This document shows, piece by piece, positions 1 through 8,368 of a DNA stretch of 32,000 bases. The stretch's first letter is position 1, and every line of letters begins with the position of its first letter. The stretch comes from Edaphobacter aggregans. Lineage in GTDB: Bacteria; Acidobacteriota; Terriglobia; Terriglobales; Acidobacteriaceae. Location of the stretch: contig NZ_RSDW01000001.1 in the NCBI RefSeq assembly GCF_003945235.1, forward strand, positions 990,001 to 1,022,000, in the 5' to 3' direction. A program made the translations under genes and the position numbers. Below the pieces are notes generated by a model. It was not told where the DNA came from. It saw nothing but the letters and a program-made list of their open reading frames with translations, and ran no database searches.

Positions 1-1537
1 TGTTGTTGCGAACAACGACCGGGAGAGCGGACAGCTTGATTTCATTCGGCCTGTCCAATGTGTTGCCCGCGGTCATTTCTGTATGCGTCAGAATAGTTCC
101 CTTCCCTTCGGTGATGCTGCCGCTCGTGAGTCGAATTTGCGCGGCGACGGGTGCGTCTAACGATGGGTTGGTGAGCGTCACGGTCAACGTTTTTTCTCTC
201 ACGGATGCGGAGCCCGACAGTCCGGGAATGGTTGCACTGCCACTTCGCGATGGGACCTTCAATTCGTCAGCGCGGATGTTCATTGCGGCGAGCTTCGATT
301 GCATGTGGTTGCGATACATCTCGAAGACGTAATAGACCGGGGTGCGCGCGAAACGATCGCCCTGCGCGAGGAAAAGAGAGTGGATGCAGTTGATCGTCTG
401 GGCCACATTTGCCATTGCGATTTTGTCTGCGTGCCGATTGAAGACATCGAATGTGACGGCTGTGTGCAGCGCGTCGCGGAGCGTCAGCGGCTGGCTGAGT
501 ATGTACGCCGGGGTGATCTCTTCACCGGGGCGATACCAGACGCCCCACTCGTCCACGATAAGTTTGGTGTGGCGATCGGGATCGAACTTGCCCATTGCGG
601 CCCAATGCTGCTCGATGACGGTTTCTGTGCGCAGGCCCTCGCGAATGACGTCGTACCAGCCTCGTGCGTCGAAGGTCGATACCTTTTCCGGGCTGTTTCT
701 GAAGTCGGTGTAGTAGTGGATGGAGAGGCCGTCTACGCGTGTTCTGTGTCCCTGCATGGCTTCAAAGAAACCGTTTGTCCACCCGAGGTCGAGGTCTTTG
801 GAATGTCCGCGCGGACCCACGGCGATGAGAAATGGTTTGGGAGGAAATGCCGGGAATTGTGTCACGAAGCGGCGGTACAGGGAGGCATATTCCTGTGGCG
901 TCATGTCTCCGCCGCAGCCCCAGGATTCATTCCCGACTCCCCAGAAACGCACGCCGAAGGGTTCTTTGGAGCCGTTCATGGCTCGTTCGTTTGCAAGGGA
1001 GACGGTGCCGACGGGAGCGTTGGTGTAGGACACCCAGTCGTGGAACTCCTGCGGAGAGCCCGAGCCCATGTTTGCTGCGAGGTACGGTTCGGCTCCGCTT
1101 AGCCGGCAGAGATTCATGAATTCGTGAATGCCGAAATGGTTGGGCTCGGTGTCGTCCAATCCTTGCGGCATGCTGGCTTGCCAGTAGTTGTAGGTTCGTG
1201 GCCGCCTGGATGGATCGCCGATTCCATCGCGCCAGTGATAGCCGTCCGCAAAACAGCCGCCGGGCCAGCGAAAGTTGGGAACTGCGATGCGCTTCAGGTC
1301 GTCGACGAACTGCTTGCGAATGCCGTCGATGTTGGGGATTTTTGAGTTGCGGCCTACCCAGATGCCGTCGTAGATGACGCCGCCTAAGTGCTCGATGAAT
1401 TGCCCGTAGATGTGGGGGTTTATTTCAGGGCCGGTGTCTTGAGGGGTTATTTCGATTTCGGCTGGGGCTGACGAGGCACCGGTCATCAGCCCTACGGAGG
1501 CGAAGGCGCTGGCGCGAAGAAAGTCTCGGCGATCCAT
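1..1537 (-). CDS. alpha-L-arabinofuranosidase, glycoside hydrolase family 51, with twin-arginine signal; C-terminus cut by left window edge
   Basis: The minus-strand frame is open from ATG (complement of cat at 1535-1537) to position 1 with no stop, so it is absent from the ORF track. My translation starts MDRRDFLRASAFASVGLMTGASS (Tat-type RRxFL signal). It contains FRWPGGCFADGYHW, WGVGNESWGCGG (GH51 acid/base Glu motif) and LIVDEWGVWY (nucleophile Glu motif). The plus-strand ORFs listed here are antisense artefacts. Confidence 0.85.
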   Translation of the reverse strand, partial: MDRRDFLRASAFASVGLMTGASSAPAEIEITPQDTGPEINPHIYGQFIEHLGGVIYDGIWVGRNSKIPNIDGIRKQFVDDLKRIAVPNFRWPGGCFADGYHWRDGIGDPSRRPRTYNYWQASMPQGLDDTEPNHFGIHEFMNLCRLSGAEPYLAANMGSGSPQEFHDWVSYTNAPVGTVSLANERAMNGSKEPFGVRFWGVGNESWGCGGDMTPQEYASLYRRFVTQFPAFPPKPFLIAVGPRGHSKDLDLGWTNGFFEAMQGHRTRVDGLSIHYYTDFRNSPEKVSTFDARGWYDVIREGLRTETVIEQHWAAMGKFDPDRHTKLIVDEWGVWYRPGEEITPAYILSQPLTLRDALHTAVTFDVFNRHADKIAMANVAQTINCIHSLFLAQGDRFARTPVYYVFEMYRNHMQSKLAAMNIRADELKVPSRSGSATIPGLSGSASVREKTLTVTLTNPSLDAPVAAQIRLTSGSITEGKGTILTHTEMTAGNTLDRPNEIKLSALPVVVRNN

Positions 1538-1587
1538 TCCGTAAACTTATATACCATCGCGCCAGCTTTAGGTTGTTGTCCCTGTAC

Positions 1588-3450
1588 CTACCAGTCTTTG
1601 TTCCAGACTGCCAGTACGGGGTAGCGATTTGCCGCGGAAGGCTGATAGTTTGAGCGCGCAACCCACCAGTCGACTCTTGCCTGCGCATCGGCGGCAAACT
1701 TGGGGTCGCTCTCGACTTTCTTCTTGAATTCCGCCATTAGCTCGGGCTTTTCTTCGGCCACTTTGTTCGCGATTGGCACCGTTAAATACTGGGCTGCGCC
1801 GATCCGGCCCATCGGCTGAAAGATGGAGCTGGCGAATCCCCAGCGGATAAGCGCGTCGGGAGCGGCGGGATGGAGGAGCTCCATGATGAGACGCGCGCGT
1901 TGCTGGTTTAGCGGCACCCAGTAGGATCCTGCGGGGACGAGGATGCGCTCACGGACTGGATGCAGGGTGTAATCGGGCATGATGCCACCTTCAAATGCGG
2001 CTTGCGCGTACTTGACGTCGGTAAAGCGCCAGGTGTCGAACTCGCGGTCTAGCGGTTTGGTGGTGCGCTCCATCTTGACGCCGTGCAGGGCCAGCTCGTC
2101 GGCGATCTCCTTCCATGCGAGCGGAATCAAGAAGCCCAGCGGTTCCTGCGCTTCGGCGGTTGTGTCGATGCCGTCGTGGATTACGGTTTCGAGGTCCTCT
2201 TTCTCCGCTGTGTAATGCGTCACCATGGTTCCGGTGATTTCTGACTGGAAGGGCTCGGACTTCAAGGAGTGGTAGACGAGCGGGTGGCCGGCGTCGCTGG
2301 TTTTGCCGGCGAGATAGACGGGCGGCGCGTTGCGGTCTCCGGCCATGGCGGCGTACTTCGCATCGGCGTCGCGGACGGCTTTTCGCAGGGCCTGGGGGTC
2401 TTCGGTGACGATGTCGATGGAGTGCACCAAGATGTCGTAGTTCGACCATGCGCGGGTCTTGGGATCTTTCAGGCTGTGGGTTTCAACGAGAAGAGATGGG
2501 CGATTCAGCGCGGCTGTGTAGAGGTGGGAGTAGCGCGGGGAGAAGACTTCGACGAAGAACTCTCTGTTGCCGCTGGGCCCTTTTCTTAGAGCGCCATAGG
2601 GCGAGACGAGGTGGCCGCTTGCTTCCATGCGCTTGTTCAACTGCGGGATGAAGCGATCGTTGACCCAAGTGCGGGCTGGTTCGCCGATGTCGCCGTGGTG
2701 CGCCATGTCCCAGGTGACGTCGTACTGATAGTCGGCTCCGTCGGTGACGTGGTTGTCGAACATGAAGTCGGGCATCCAGGAGTGATAGAGCTTGAGCCAG
2801 GCCTGCATCTCGGGCGTGGCTCCCTTGACGTAGTCGCGGTTGAGGTTCAGGAGTTCGGCGTTGGGACGGGTTCCGGCGATCTCGGGGCCGTTTTGGTTGG
2901 GCCGGTTGAAGGGGCTACGCGATTCGTGTCCGTCGATGTTGAAGACGGGGATGACGACGAAGATAGCTTTGTCGAGCCACGCGGCCTGATGCGGCTTTTT
3001 GGTGATGACCATGTCGCGCACGAGCATGAGCGCGGTATCTTTGCCTTCGATCTCGCCGGAGTGAATGCCGCTTTGAATCAGGATGACGGCCTTGTCGGTT
3101 TTGGCGGCGGCGGCGGGCGTGAAGGCCTTGTCAGAGGAGACGATCATCGCGTACATGGGACGGTCTTCGGCCGTGGTGCCGAACTGCACTACTTTGACGT
3201 AGGGGGAGCGCTTCTCCATCTTTCGCATGATGGCGATGACTTCGTCGTAGAGGCCGGTCTGGCGCCACTGCGTCTTCTCACCCGTTGTCAGTAAGTCTGC
3301 CGGCACGTTCTCTGTGCTCGCTGCAAGGGAGGCTGCGGCTTTGGCGGCGGGCGGCTCGTACATCGAGTGAGGTGACAACGGGCTTTGCTGTGCGAAACAG
3401 CTTGCGGTGAAGATGCAAAACGACACAGCGGCAGCGCGAAGACGAAGCAT
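1588..3450 (-). CDS. secreted M14-family zinc metallocarboxypeptidase
   Basis: 620-aa ORF with signal peptide MLRLRAAAVSFCIFTASCFAQ. It carries an M14-type zinc-binding region LIQSGIHSGEIEGKD (HxxE) and a downstream LNLNRDY motif. Confidence 0.8.
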   Translation of the reverse strand: MLRLRAAAVSFCIFTASCFAQQSPLSPHSMYEPPAAKAAASLAASTENVPADLLTTGEKTQWRQTGLYDEVIAIMRKMEKRSPYVKVVQFGTTAEDRPMYAMIVSSDKAFTPAAAAKTDKAVILIQSGIHSGEIEGKDTALMLVRDMVITKKPHQAAWLDKAIFVVIPVFNIDGHESRSPFNRPNQNGPEIAGTRPNAELLNLNRDYVKGATPEMQAWLKLYHSWMPDFMFDNHVTDGADYQYDVTWDMAHHGDIGEPARTWVNDRFIPQLNKRMEASGHLVSPYGALRKGPSGNREFFVEVFSPRYSHLYTAALNRPSLLVETHSLKDPKTRAWSNYDILVHSIDIVTEDPQALRKAVRDADAKYAAMAGDRNAPPVYLAGKTSDAGHPLVYHSLKSEPFQSEITGTMVTHYTAEKEDLETVIHDGIDTTAEAQEPLGFLIPLAWKEIADELALHGVKMERTTKPLDREFDTWRFTDVKYAQAAFEGGIMPDYTLHPVRERILVPAGSYWVPLNQQRARLIMELLHPAAPDALIRWGFASSIFQPMGRIGAAQYLTVPIANKVAEEKPELMAEFKKKVESDPKFAADAQARVDWWVARSNYQPSAANRYPVLAVWNKDW

Positions 3451-3486
3451 GGAATCTCCACAAATCAGGTTGGGTTTTGACCGGCT

Positions 3487-3511
3487 AGAGTGCAGTCGGG
3501 GATTGCACTCT
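3487..3511. repeat. perfect 8-bp inverted repeat (stem-loop) between tlyA stop and M14 peptidase start; function unknown
   Basis: agagtgca (3487-3494) and tgcactct (3504-3511) are exact reverse complements separated by a 9-nt loop. There is no U-tract on either side, so this is not a classical intrinsic terminator. Confidence 0.4.
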
Positions 3512-3576
3512 GGAGTGTCTAGTGTAGCGCGTGGGAAATGTTGGGCGGTGGTTTCTCTCGGGCAGTGCGAGATGAA

Positions 3577-4335
3577 TCAGGACGCTTCAAAGATGGCTCG
3601 GAGGAGGTATTCGTGGTTGCCTTCCATGCCTGTGATGGGGGAGTCGATGACTTCGAGGTTGGTTGCGCCGAGTTCGGCGGCACAGTTTCGGAGTTTCTGG
3701 ATGGCGTCTTTGCGGGCCTCGGGGTCGCGGACGATTCCTCCCTTACCGATGTTCTGGCGGCCTACCTCGAATTGGGGCTTGATGAGGATGATGGCGGTTC
3801 CCTGCCATGGCTTGTCGGGCGTGCTGAGGGCTGCGATGACGGCGGGAAGGACCAGGGTCGCGGAGATGAAGGAGACGTCCATGGCCAGGAAGGTGGGGGC
3901 GTTTGGCGTGAGGAGTTCGCCCGGGGTGAGTAGGCGGGCGTTGGTGCGTTCGCGCAGGGTGACGCGGGGGTCGTCGCGGAGCTTCTGGGCGATTTGGCCG
4001 TAGCCGGTGTCGACGGCGAGGACGGTGGCGGCTCCGGATTGGAGCATGCAGTCGGTGAAGCCGCCGGTGGAGGCGCCGATGTCGACGCAGGCGAGGTTGG
4101 TGAGGTCGAGGTGCCAGTGGGCGAGGGCGTGTTCGAGTTTGAGGCCGCCGCGGCTGACGTATTTGAGGTCGGAGCCCAGGAGGCGGATGACGGCGTCGGG
4201 TGGGACGGGGGAGCCGGGCTTGTCGACGCGCTGCTCGTTGACGAGGACGCGGCCGGCGAGGATGAGGGCCTGGGCGCGTTCGCGGGAGGCGGCGTGGCCC
4301 TGGTCTACGAGGAGTTTGTCGAGGCGGAGTTTCAT
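3577..4335 (-). CDS. tlyA: TlyA-family rRNA (cytidine-2'-O)-methyltransferase / hemolysin A
   Basis: 252 aa. N-terminal S4-like RNA-binding segment MKLRLDKLLVDQGHAASRERAQALILAGRVLVNEQRVDKPG, followed by an FtsJ-type SAM domain (VDIGASTGGFTDCMLQSGA, FLAMDVSFIS). Confidence 0.9.
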   Translation of the reverse strand: MKLRLDKLLVDQGHAASRERAQALILAGRVLVNEQRVDKPGSPVPPDAVIRLLGSDLKYVSRGGLKLEHALAHWHLDLTNLACVDIGASTGGFTDCMLQSGAATVLAVDTGYGQIAQKLRDDPRVTLRERTNARLLTPGELLTPNAPTFLAMDVSFISATLVLPAVIAALSTPDKPWQGTAIILIKPQFEVGRQNIGKGGIVRDPEARKDAIQKLRNCAAELGATNLEVIDSPITGMEGNHEYLLRAIFEAS

Positions 4336-4480
4336 AAAGGCAGGGAGTAGGGTTTAGGGAGTAGAGTGCGTCGCTTCACTTTTAGTAAGGGTACATGAAG
4401 CTGATTTCGGTTAGAGTGGCTAGGTGATGATGTTGTGCAGTAAATAGTTGGAGTTGGGAGCAATCCAGCGTTGAGTTTGA

Positions 4481-5056
4481 GTGCGTTTTATGTATAGAGA
4501 TATGGGACTCGTGAATACTCCGCCACTGTCCGCGCAGGATGACGCGGCGCTGCTGGCGCTGGTAAAGCGAGGCGATGAACAGGCGATGGCTACGCTGTTC
4601 GACCGGTACTCGAAGGTGGTGTACTCGGTGGCCCTTCGTGTGTTGCGAGACCCGGCTTCGGCAGAGGACATACTTCAGGAAGTGTTTATGCAGGTATGGC
4701 GTAGTCCAGATGGGTTCGTTGCGACGCGGGGCAGCCTGGGCGGGTGGCTGGCGGTGGTCGCGCGGAACCGATCAATTGACGCGCTGAGACGGAAGAAGCC
4801 GATGGATCAGGTGGAGGATATGGCTCTGGCTGCGCCGTTCAATCTGGCGAATGAGGCCGAGCGGAACAACATGATGGAGCGGGCTCGGGGAATCATCATC
4901 AAGCTGCCGGTGGAGCAGAGGAAGACTTTGGAGATGGCGTTTTTTGATGGACTGACCCACTCGGAGATTGCAGAGATGACGGGCGATCCACTGGGGACGG
5001 TGAAGACGAGAATACGCAGCGCGCTGACTACATTGAGAAAGGCGTTCCAGGCATGA
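4481..5056 (+). CDS. ECF (sigma-70 family group 4) RNA polymerase sigma factor
   Basis: Region 2 is DILQEVFMQVWR and the region 4 HTH is LTHSEIAEMTGDPLGTVKTRIRSAL. The stop overlaps the start of the next gene (ATGA at 5053-5056). The start is uncertain: GTG 4481, or ATG 4490/4502. No clear SD. Confidence 0.88.
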   Translation: MRFMYRDMGLVNTPPLSAQDDAALLALVKRGDEQAMATLFDRYSKVVYSVALRVLRDPASAEDILQEVFMQVWRSPDGFVATRGSLGGWLAVVARNRSIDALRRKKPMDQVEDMALAAPFNLANEAERNNMMERARGIIIKLPVEQRKTLEMAFFDGLTHSEIAEMTGDPLGTVKTRIRSALTTLRKAFQA

Positions 5057-5931
5057 GCGCGACCAGACATATCGAACGGGAAGATCTGGCGCTGTTTGCC
5101 ATGCAGCTGCTCCCGAAGGACGAGCATGCCCTGATTGCGGCCCATGTTGCGCAGTGTGCTGAGTGCGGACAGGCACTGGCCGAGGTTCAGGGGGATTTGG
5201 CGGTGTATGCCCATACCGTGGATATGCACTCGCCGCCGGCTCAGGCTAAGGAACGACTGATGAAGCAGGTGGCTCGGGAGAAGAAGACGGTTCCGGTGGA
5301 ACGGGTGGCGACTCCTCCGCTGGAGTTTGTGGGCCGGAGTGAGGGGACGTATCGCACTGGGTTGGGCAGTGGAGCTTATTTAGCGGAGGAAGAGCCGAAG
5401 CGTAATTGGGCTGCGAAGGTGTTTCCGTGGGTGGGATGGGCTGTGGCGGCGGCGGTTGCCGTGGTGGCAGGGAATCTTTACCACGAGCGCGATGCGTTGC
5501 TTAGCCGGATGACCGCGCAGGCCGGACGACTGGATCAGGTGAGTGCCGATGCGGCGGCGGCAAAACAGGTGATGGAGGCGATGACCGATCCTGCGGCGAA
5601 GCATGTGACGCTGACCAAGGCTCCGTCGACGCCTACTCCTCCGGTACCTCAGGGCCGAGCGACTTATGTGGCGGAGAAAGGTACGCTCATCTTCCTGGCC
5701 AGCAATATGGAGCCGCTGCAGCCTTACAAGACGTATGAGCTTTGGCTGATTCCTGCTGACGGGCGCGATCCGATTCCGGCGGGGACATTCCATCCAGATG
5801 AACGCGGGAATGCGAGCGTGATTCTGCCTCCGCTGCCGAAGGGGATTGAGGCGAAGGCGTTCGGGGTGACAGTGGAAGATGAAGGTGGGTCGCAGACGCC
5901 CACGATGCCGATCATCATGGCGGGGAATTAG
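5053..5931 (+). CDS. anti-sigma factor, zf-HC2 N-terminus plus RskA-type extracytoplasmic domain
   Basis: Translationally coupled to the sigma gene. It has an H-x3-C-x2-C motif (HVAQCAECGQAL), a single TM segment (VFPWVGWAVAAAVAVVAGNLY) and a C-terminal RskA-like segment (YELWLIPADGRDPIPAGTF, FGVTVEDEGGS). Confidence 0.85.
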   Translation: MSATRHIEREDLALFAMQLLPKDEHALIAAHVAQCAECGQALAEVQGDLAVYAHTVDMHSPPAQAKERLMKQVAREKKTVPVERVATPPLEFVGRSEGTYRTGLGSGAYLAEEEPKRNWAAKVFPWVGWAVAAAVAVVAGNLYHERDALLSRMTAQAGRLDQVSADAAAAKQVMEAMTDPAAKHVTLTKAPSTPTPPVPQGRATYVAEKGTLIFLASNMEPLQPYKTYELWLIPADGRDPIPAGTFHPDERGNASVILPPLPKGIEAKAFGVTVEDEGGSQTPTMPIIMAGN

Positions 5932-5932
5932 C

Positions 5933-5967
5933 CCTCCAGCTTTCAACTAAAAGCTAAAAGCTGGAGG
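5933..5967. terminator. hairpin between convergent anti-sigma and beta-propeller genes (probable bidirectional terminator)
   Basis: cctccagcttt (5933-5943) pairs perfectly with aaagctggagg (5957-5967), giving an 11-bp stem and a 13-nt loop. A short T-run (gcgtttta) follows on the plus strand. The hairpin sits in the 49-nt gap between two stop codons. Confidence 0.6.
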
Positions 5968-5980
5968 CGATGGCTGCGTT

Positions 5981-7354
5981 TTAGGGTTGCGTGCGGACCA
6001 TGACACCCTTGCCCTGGAGCGGGATGGTGGTGTCGACGACGTCGGTGTCGGTGCGGATGACGGTCATCGTCTCGCTTTCGGGCGAGGTGACGTAAACCTT
6101 GCCGGTCGGCGTACCCGCGATGACGGCGATAAAGTTCGGGTGGATGGTGGCGGGCACGGGGATCGTCTTGGTGACGGTGTTGGTGGTGAGGTTTACCACC
6201 GAGACTGTGCTGTCTCCCTGATTGACCACGTAGGCGCGAGTGGCATCCGACAGAACGGCGACCATGCGAGGGTTGAGTCCGACGGGAATGTTCGCCAGAA
6301 CCTGACCGAAGCCAGTGGCGTCGGCTGGGTTGGTCGGGTCGCAGTTGGGATTGGTGGGCAACGCGGTGGCGTTGCAGAGCGGGATGTTGATGATGCTGAC
6401 GGTTCCCGGGGTGTTGCCGCTACCGGCGTTGGCAACGACGAGCTCATTCCGCGTGAGTGCGAAGTCGGCCCAGAGCGGCGCGGTGCCGGGCAGCCCCGTC
6501 TGCGGGTCTATCAGTTTGATGGGATTGGTGGCTCCAGCGGGAACGACGTCGAGAGCATTGGTCTGGACGTTGAGGACGGACACGGTGTTGTCGCCCTGGT
6601 TCATGATGAAGGCGCGCTTGCCGTCGGCGGTCATGACGCCGTAGACAGGAGTAGCGCCGACGGGGATGGTGCTGGAGAGGGTGTTGCTCGTGGTTTCGAT
6701 GGCAGCGACCTGACCGTTGCCGCCGCCAACAGCCTGATTGATGGAATAGGCGCGGCTTCCGGTGGAGTTACCGACTACGTAGACCGGCGAGAATCCAGCG
6801 GCGATTGGAAGCTCCTGCTTGAGCGCCGGAGGCGTTCCCAGAAGTACGGCGACCGCGTTACGGCCCGGCTCGGGGATGTAGCTGTTAGTCGACTGAGGGA
6901 ATATGCTGACGGGATTGGCTCCCGCGATCAGCGTGGTTTGCAGAACCTGGCTGCTGAGGAGCGAAGTGGAGATATCGAAGCTTGTGATCGATCCGTCGCC
7001 GTTGAGGGTGTACCCTGTGTTACCCGCCGCATTGGTAGCGAAATAGTACGGGGACACGCCGATGCTCGCGGTGATGAGGACCGTATCTCCTGCGAAGTCG
7101 ACGATGGTGGCCAGCCCGGGAGACGTAGTGCCTGTCGTGGAGACGACGATGGCGAACTTTTGCGGTTGGGCCGCGGGACCAACAGGATTGATGGCAGTAA
7201 CAACAGGGCGGTAGGTGTTGCCGCAACCCGTGATGGAGGCCAAGCCAGCAACTGCGAGGGCGAACATGGATACGGTCAAGGATCGAGACCGAGTGACGCG
7301 CCGGTTGGACCGGGGCTGGGTGGTTCCTGCTGCTTCGATTCTTGCTAGATGCAA
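5981..7354 (-). CDS. YVTN-family beta-propeller repeat lipoprotein
   Basis: Repeated ~40-aa units: YVVNQGDSTVSVVNLTTNTVTKTIPV, FIMNQGDNTVSVLNVQTNAL, VVANAGSGNTPGTVSIINI, YSINQAVGGGNGQVAAIETTSNTLSSTIPVG. Lipobox LASITGC follows the hydrophobic stretch MFALAVAG. The start is uncertain. TTG at 7354 has a GGGAG Shine-Dalgarno 5 nt upstream; ATG at 7267 is the alternative. The 7495 start in the ORF track would overlap the divergent gene at 7431 and looks spurious. Confidence 0.8.
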   Translation of the reverse strand: MHLARIEAAGTTQPRSNRRVTRSRSLTVSMFALAVAGLASITGCGNTYRPVVTAINPVGPAAQPQKFAIVVSTTGTTSPGLATIVDFAGDTVLITASIGVSPYYFATNAAGNTGYTLNGDGSITSFDISTSLLSSQVLQTTLIAGANPVSIFPQSTNSYIPEPGRNAVAVLLGTPPALKQELPIAAGFSPVYVVGNSTGSRAYSINQAVGGGNGQVAAIETTSNTLSSTIPVGATPVYGVMTADGKRAFIMNQGDNTVSVLNVQTNALDVVPAGATNPIKLIDPQTGLPGTAPLWADFALTRNELVVANAGSGNTPGTVSIINIPLCNATALPTNPNCDPTNPADATGFGQVLANIPVGLNPRMVAVLSDATRAYVVNQGDSTVSVVNLTTNTVTKTIPVPATIHPNFIAVIAGTPTGKVYVTSPESETMTVIRTDTDVVDTTIPLQGKGVMVRTQP

Positions 7355-7430
7355 AACTGCTCCCGCGTGGTACTGGTGTTGGCTATGCTCAAGGTTTGAT
7401 TGTAAATCACTACGGGCGATGAGGTAGGCC

Positions 7431-8354
7431 ATGGGTGAGGAAATGGGAATCTGGAGGAAGACGATCCCGGTGGCACGGGACCGGCGGCAGTCCAAGGTGC
7501 TGGCCTGGGTGGTGGGGATGTTGCTGGCGGCGTTGTGCTTCCAGACGGCTTTGTTTGCCTATGCTTTGGCGGAGCGGTTTCCGGGATTTGTGTGGGGGGT
7601 GGTGGGAATCAGCTTGGGATTCGCGGTGGTGGCGTGGGGTTTGCGGGCTGCCACTCCGGCGGGCGCGGCCTGCGGGGGTATGGTTTGCCTGCTTCTGGTC
7701 TTCTGGATGGGGCGGTTTGAGGACTCGCCGCTACGAAGTGGATTGACGCCGCTGGTGCTGCTGTTTGTGCTGACGTTCCTCGCGACTCGGCTGGGAAAGA
7801 AGCGCAAAGTTGCGGCGGGGCTGGCCGAAGGGCACCGGGGGCGGAGGGCGTCGCAGGTGATTGCGAACCTGGGCGTGGCGGGGCTGGCTTCGTCGTGGAT
7901 TGGCGCCGCTGCGCTGATCGAGTGCATCCGGGAAATGATTCCTGACTATGATGCGCCGTTGCGTTTGGTCGGGACGGTGGTGTTGGCGGCGCTTGTGGAG
8001 GCGACCGCGGACACGGTCTCGTCGGAGATCGGGCAGGCATTTGGTGGGCGCCCTGTGATGCTGACGACGATGCAGCGAGTCGAGCCGGGAACAGATGGTG
8101 CGGTGAGCGTGCTGGGGTCGGTGGCGGGAGTGGCTGCAGGGGCGGCTGTGGGGCTTGCCGGGATGTGGGCAGTTCGCTTGCCGCTGCGAGACGCGATGAT
8201 TGCCATGGTAGCCGGGGTGGCGGGTTTGTTCTTCGACAGCCTGCTGGGGGCTACGGTGGAGCGGCGCGGATGGCTGGGGAACGATCTAGTGAACTTCGCT
8301 TCGACCCTGTTTGCGGCTGCGGTGGCGCTGTGGCTGATGATCGTTGTGGGCTAG
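7431..8354 (+). CDS. DUF92/TMEM19-family integral membrane protein
   Basis: 307 aa and polytopic. The motifs EATADTVSSEIGQ and GTDGAVSVLGSVAG resemble the DUF92 family as I remember it. The alternative start at ATG 7443 cannot be excluded. Confidence 0.6.
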   Translation: MGEEMGIWRKTIPVARDRRQSKVLAWVVGMLLAALCFQTALFAYALAERFPGFVWGVVGISLGFAVVAWGLRAATPAGAACGGMVCLLLVFWMGRFEDSPLRSGLTPLVLLFVLTFLATRLGKKRKVAAGLAEGHRGRRASQVIANLGVAGLASSWIGAAALIECIREMIPDYDAPLRLVGTVVLAALVEATADTVSSEIGQAFGGRPVMLTTMQRVEPGTDGAVSVLGSVAGVAAGAAVGLAGMWAVRLPLRDAMIAMVAGVAGLFFDSLLGATVERRGWLGNDLVNFASTLFAAAVALWLMIVVG

Positions 8355-8368
8355 AGGTCTTCCCTGCC

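Noticed and set aside
299-1345. Plus-strand ORFs of 267, 123, 102, 95 and 73 aa in the first 1.4 kb
   Set aside because: All lie antisense to a continuous minus-strand frame with clear GH51 motifs. Their sequences are Arg/Gly/Val-rich with no recognisable domains, which is typical of high-GC antisense frames.
5987-7348. 453-aa plus-strand ORF
   Set aside because: It is antisense to the YVTN beta-propeller gene. The composition is dominated by G/D/R/V (GGVDDVGVGADDG...), and there is no start context or domains.
7355-7495. N-terminal extension of the beta-propeller ORF to ATG 7495
   Set aside because: It would overlap the divergent DUF92 gene start at 7431 and adds a non-signal-like sequence before the lipoprotein signal. 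The SD-supported TTG 7354 or ATG 7267 are better starts.
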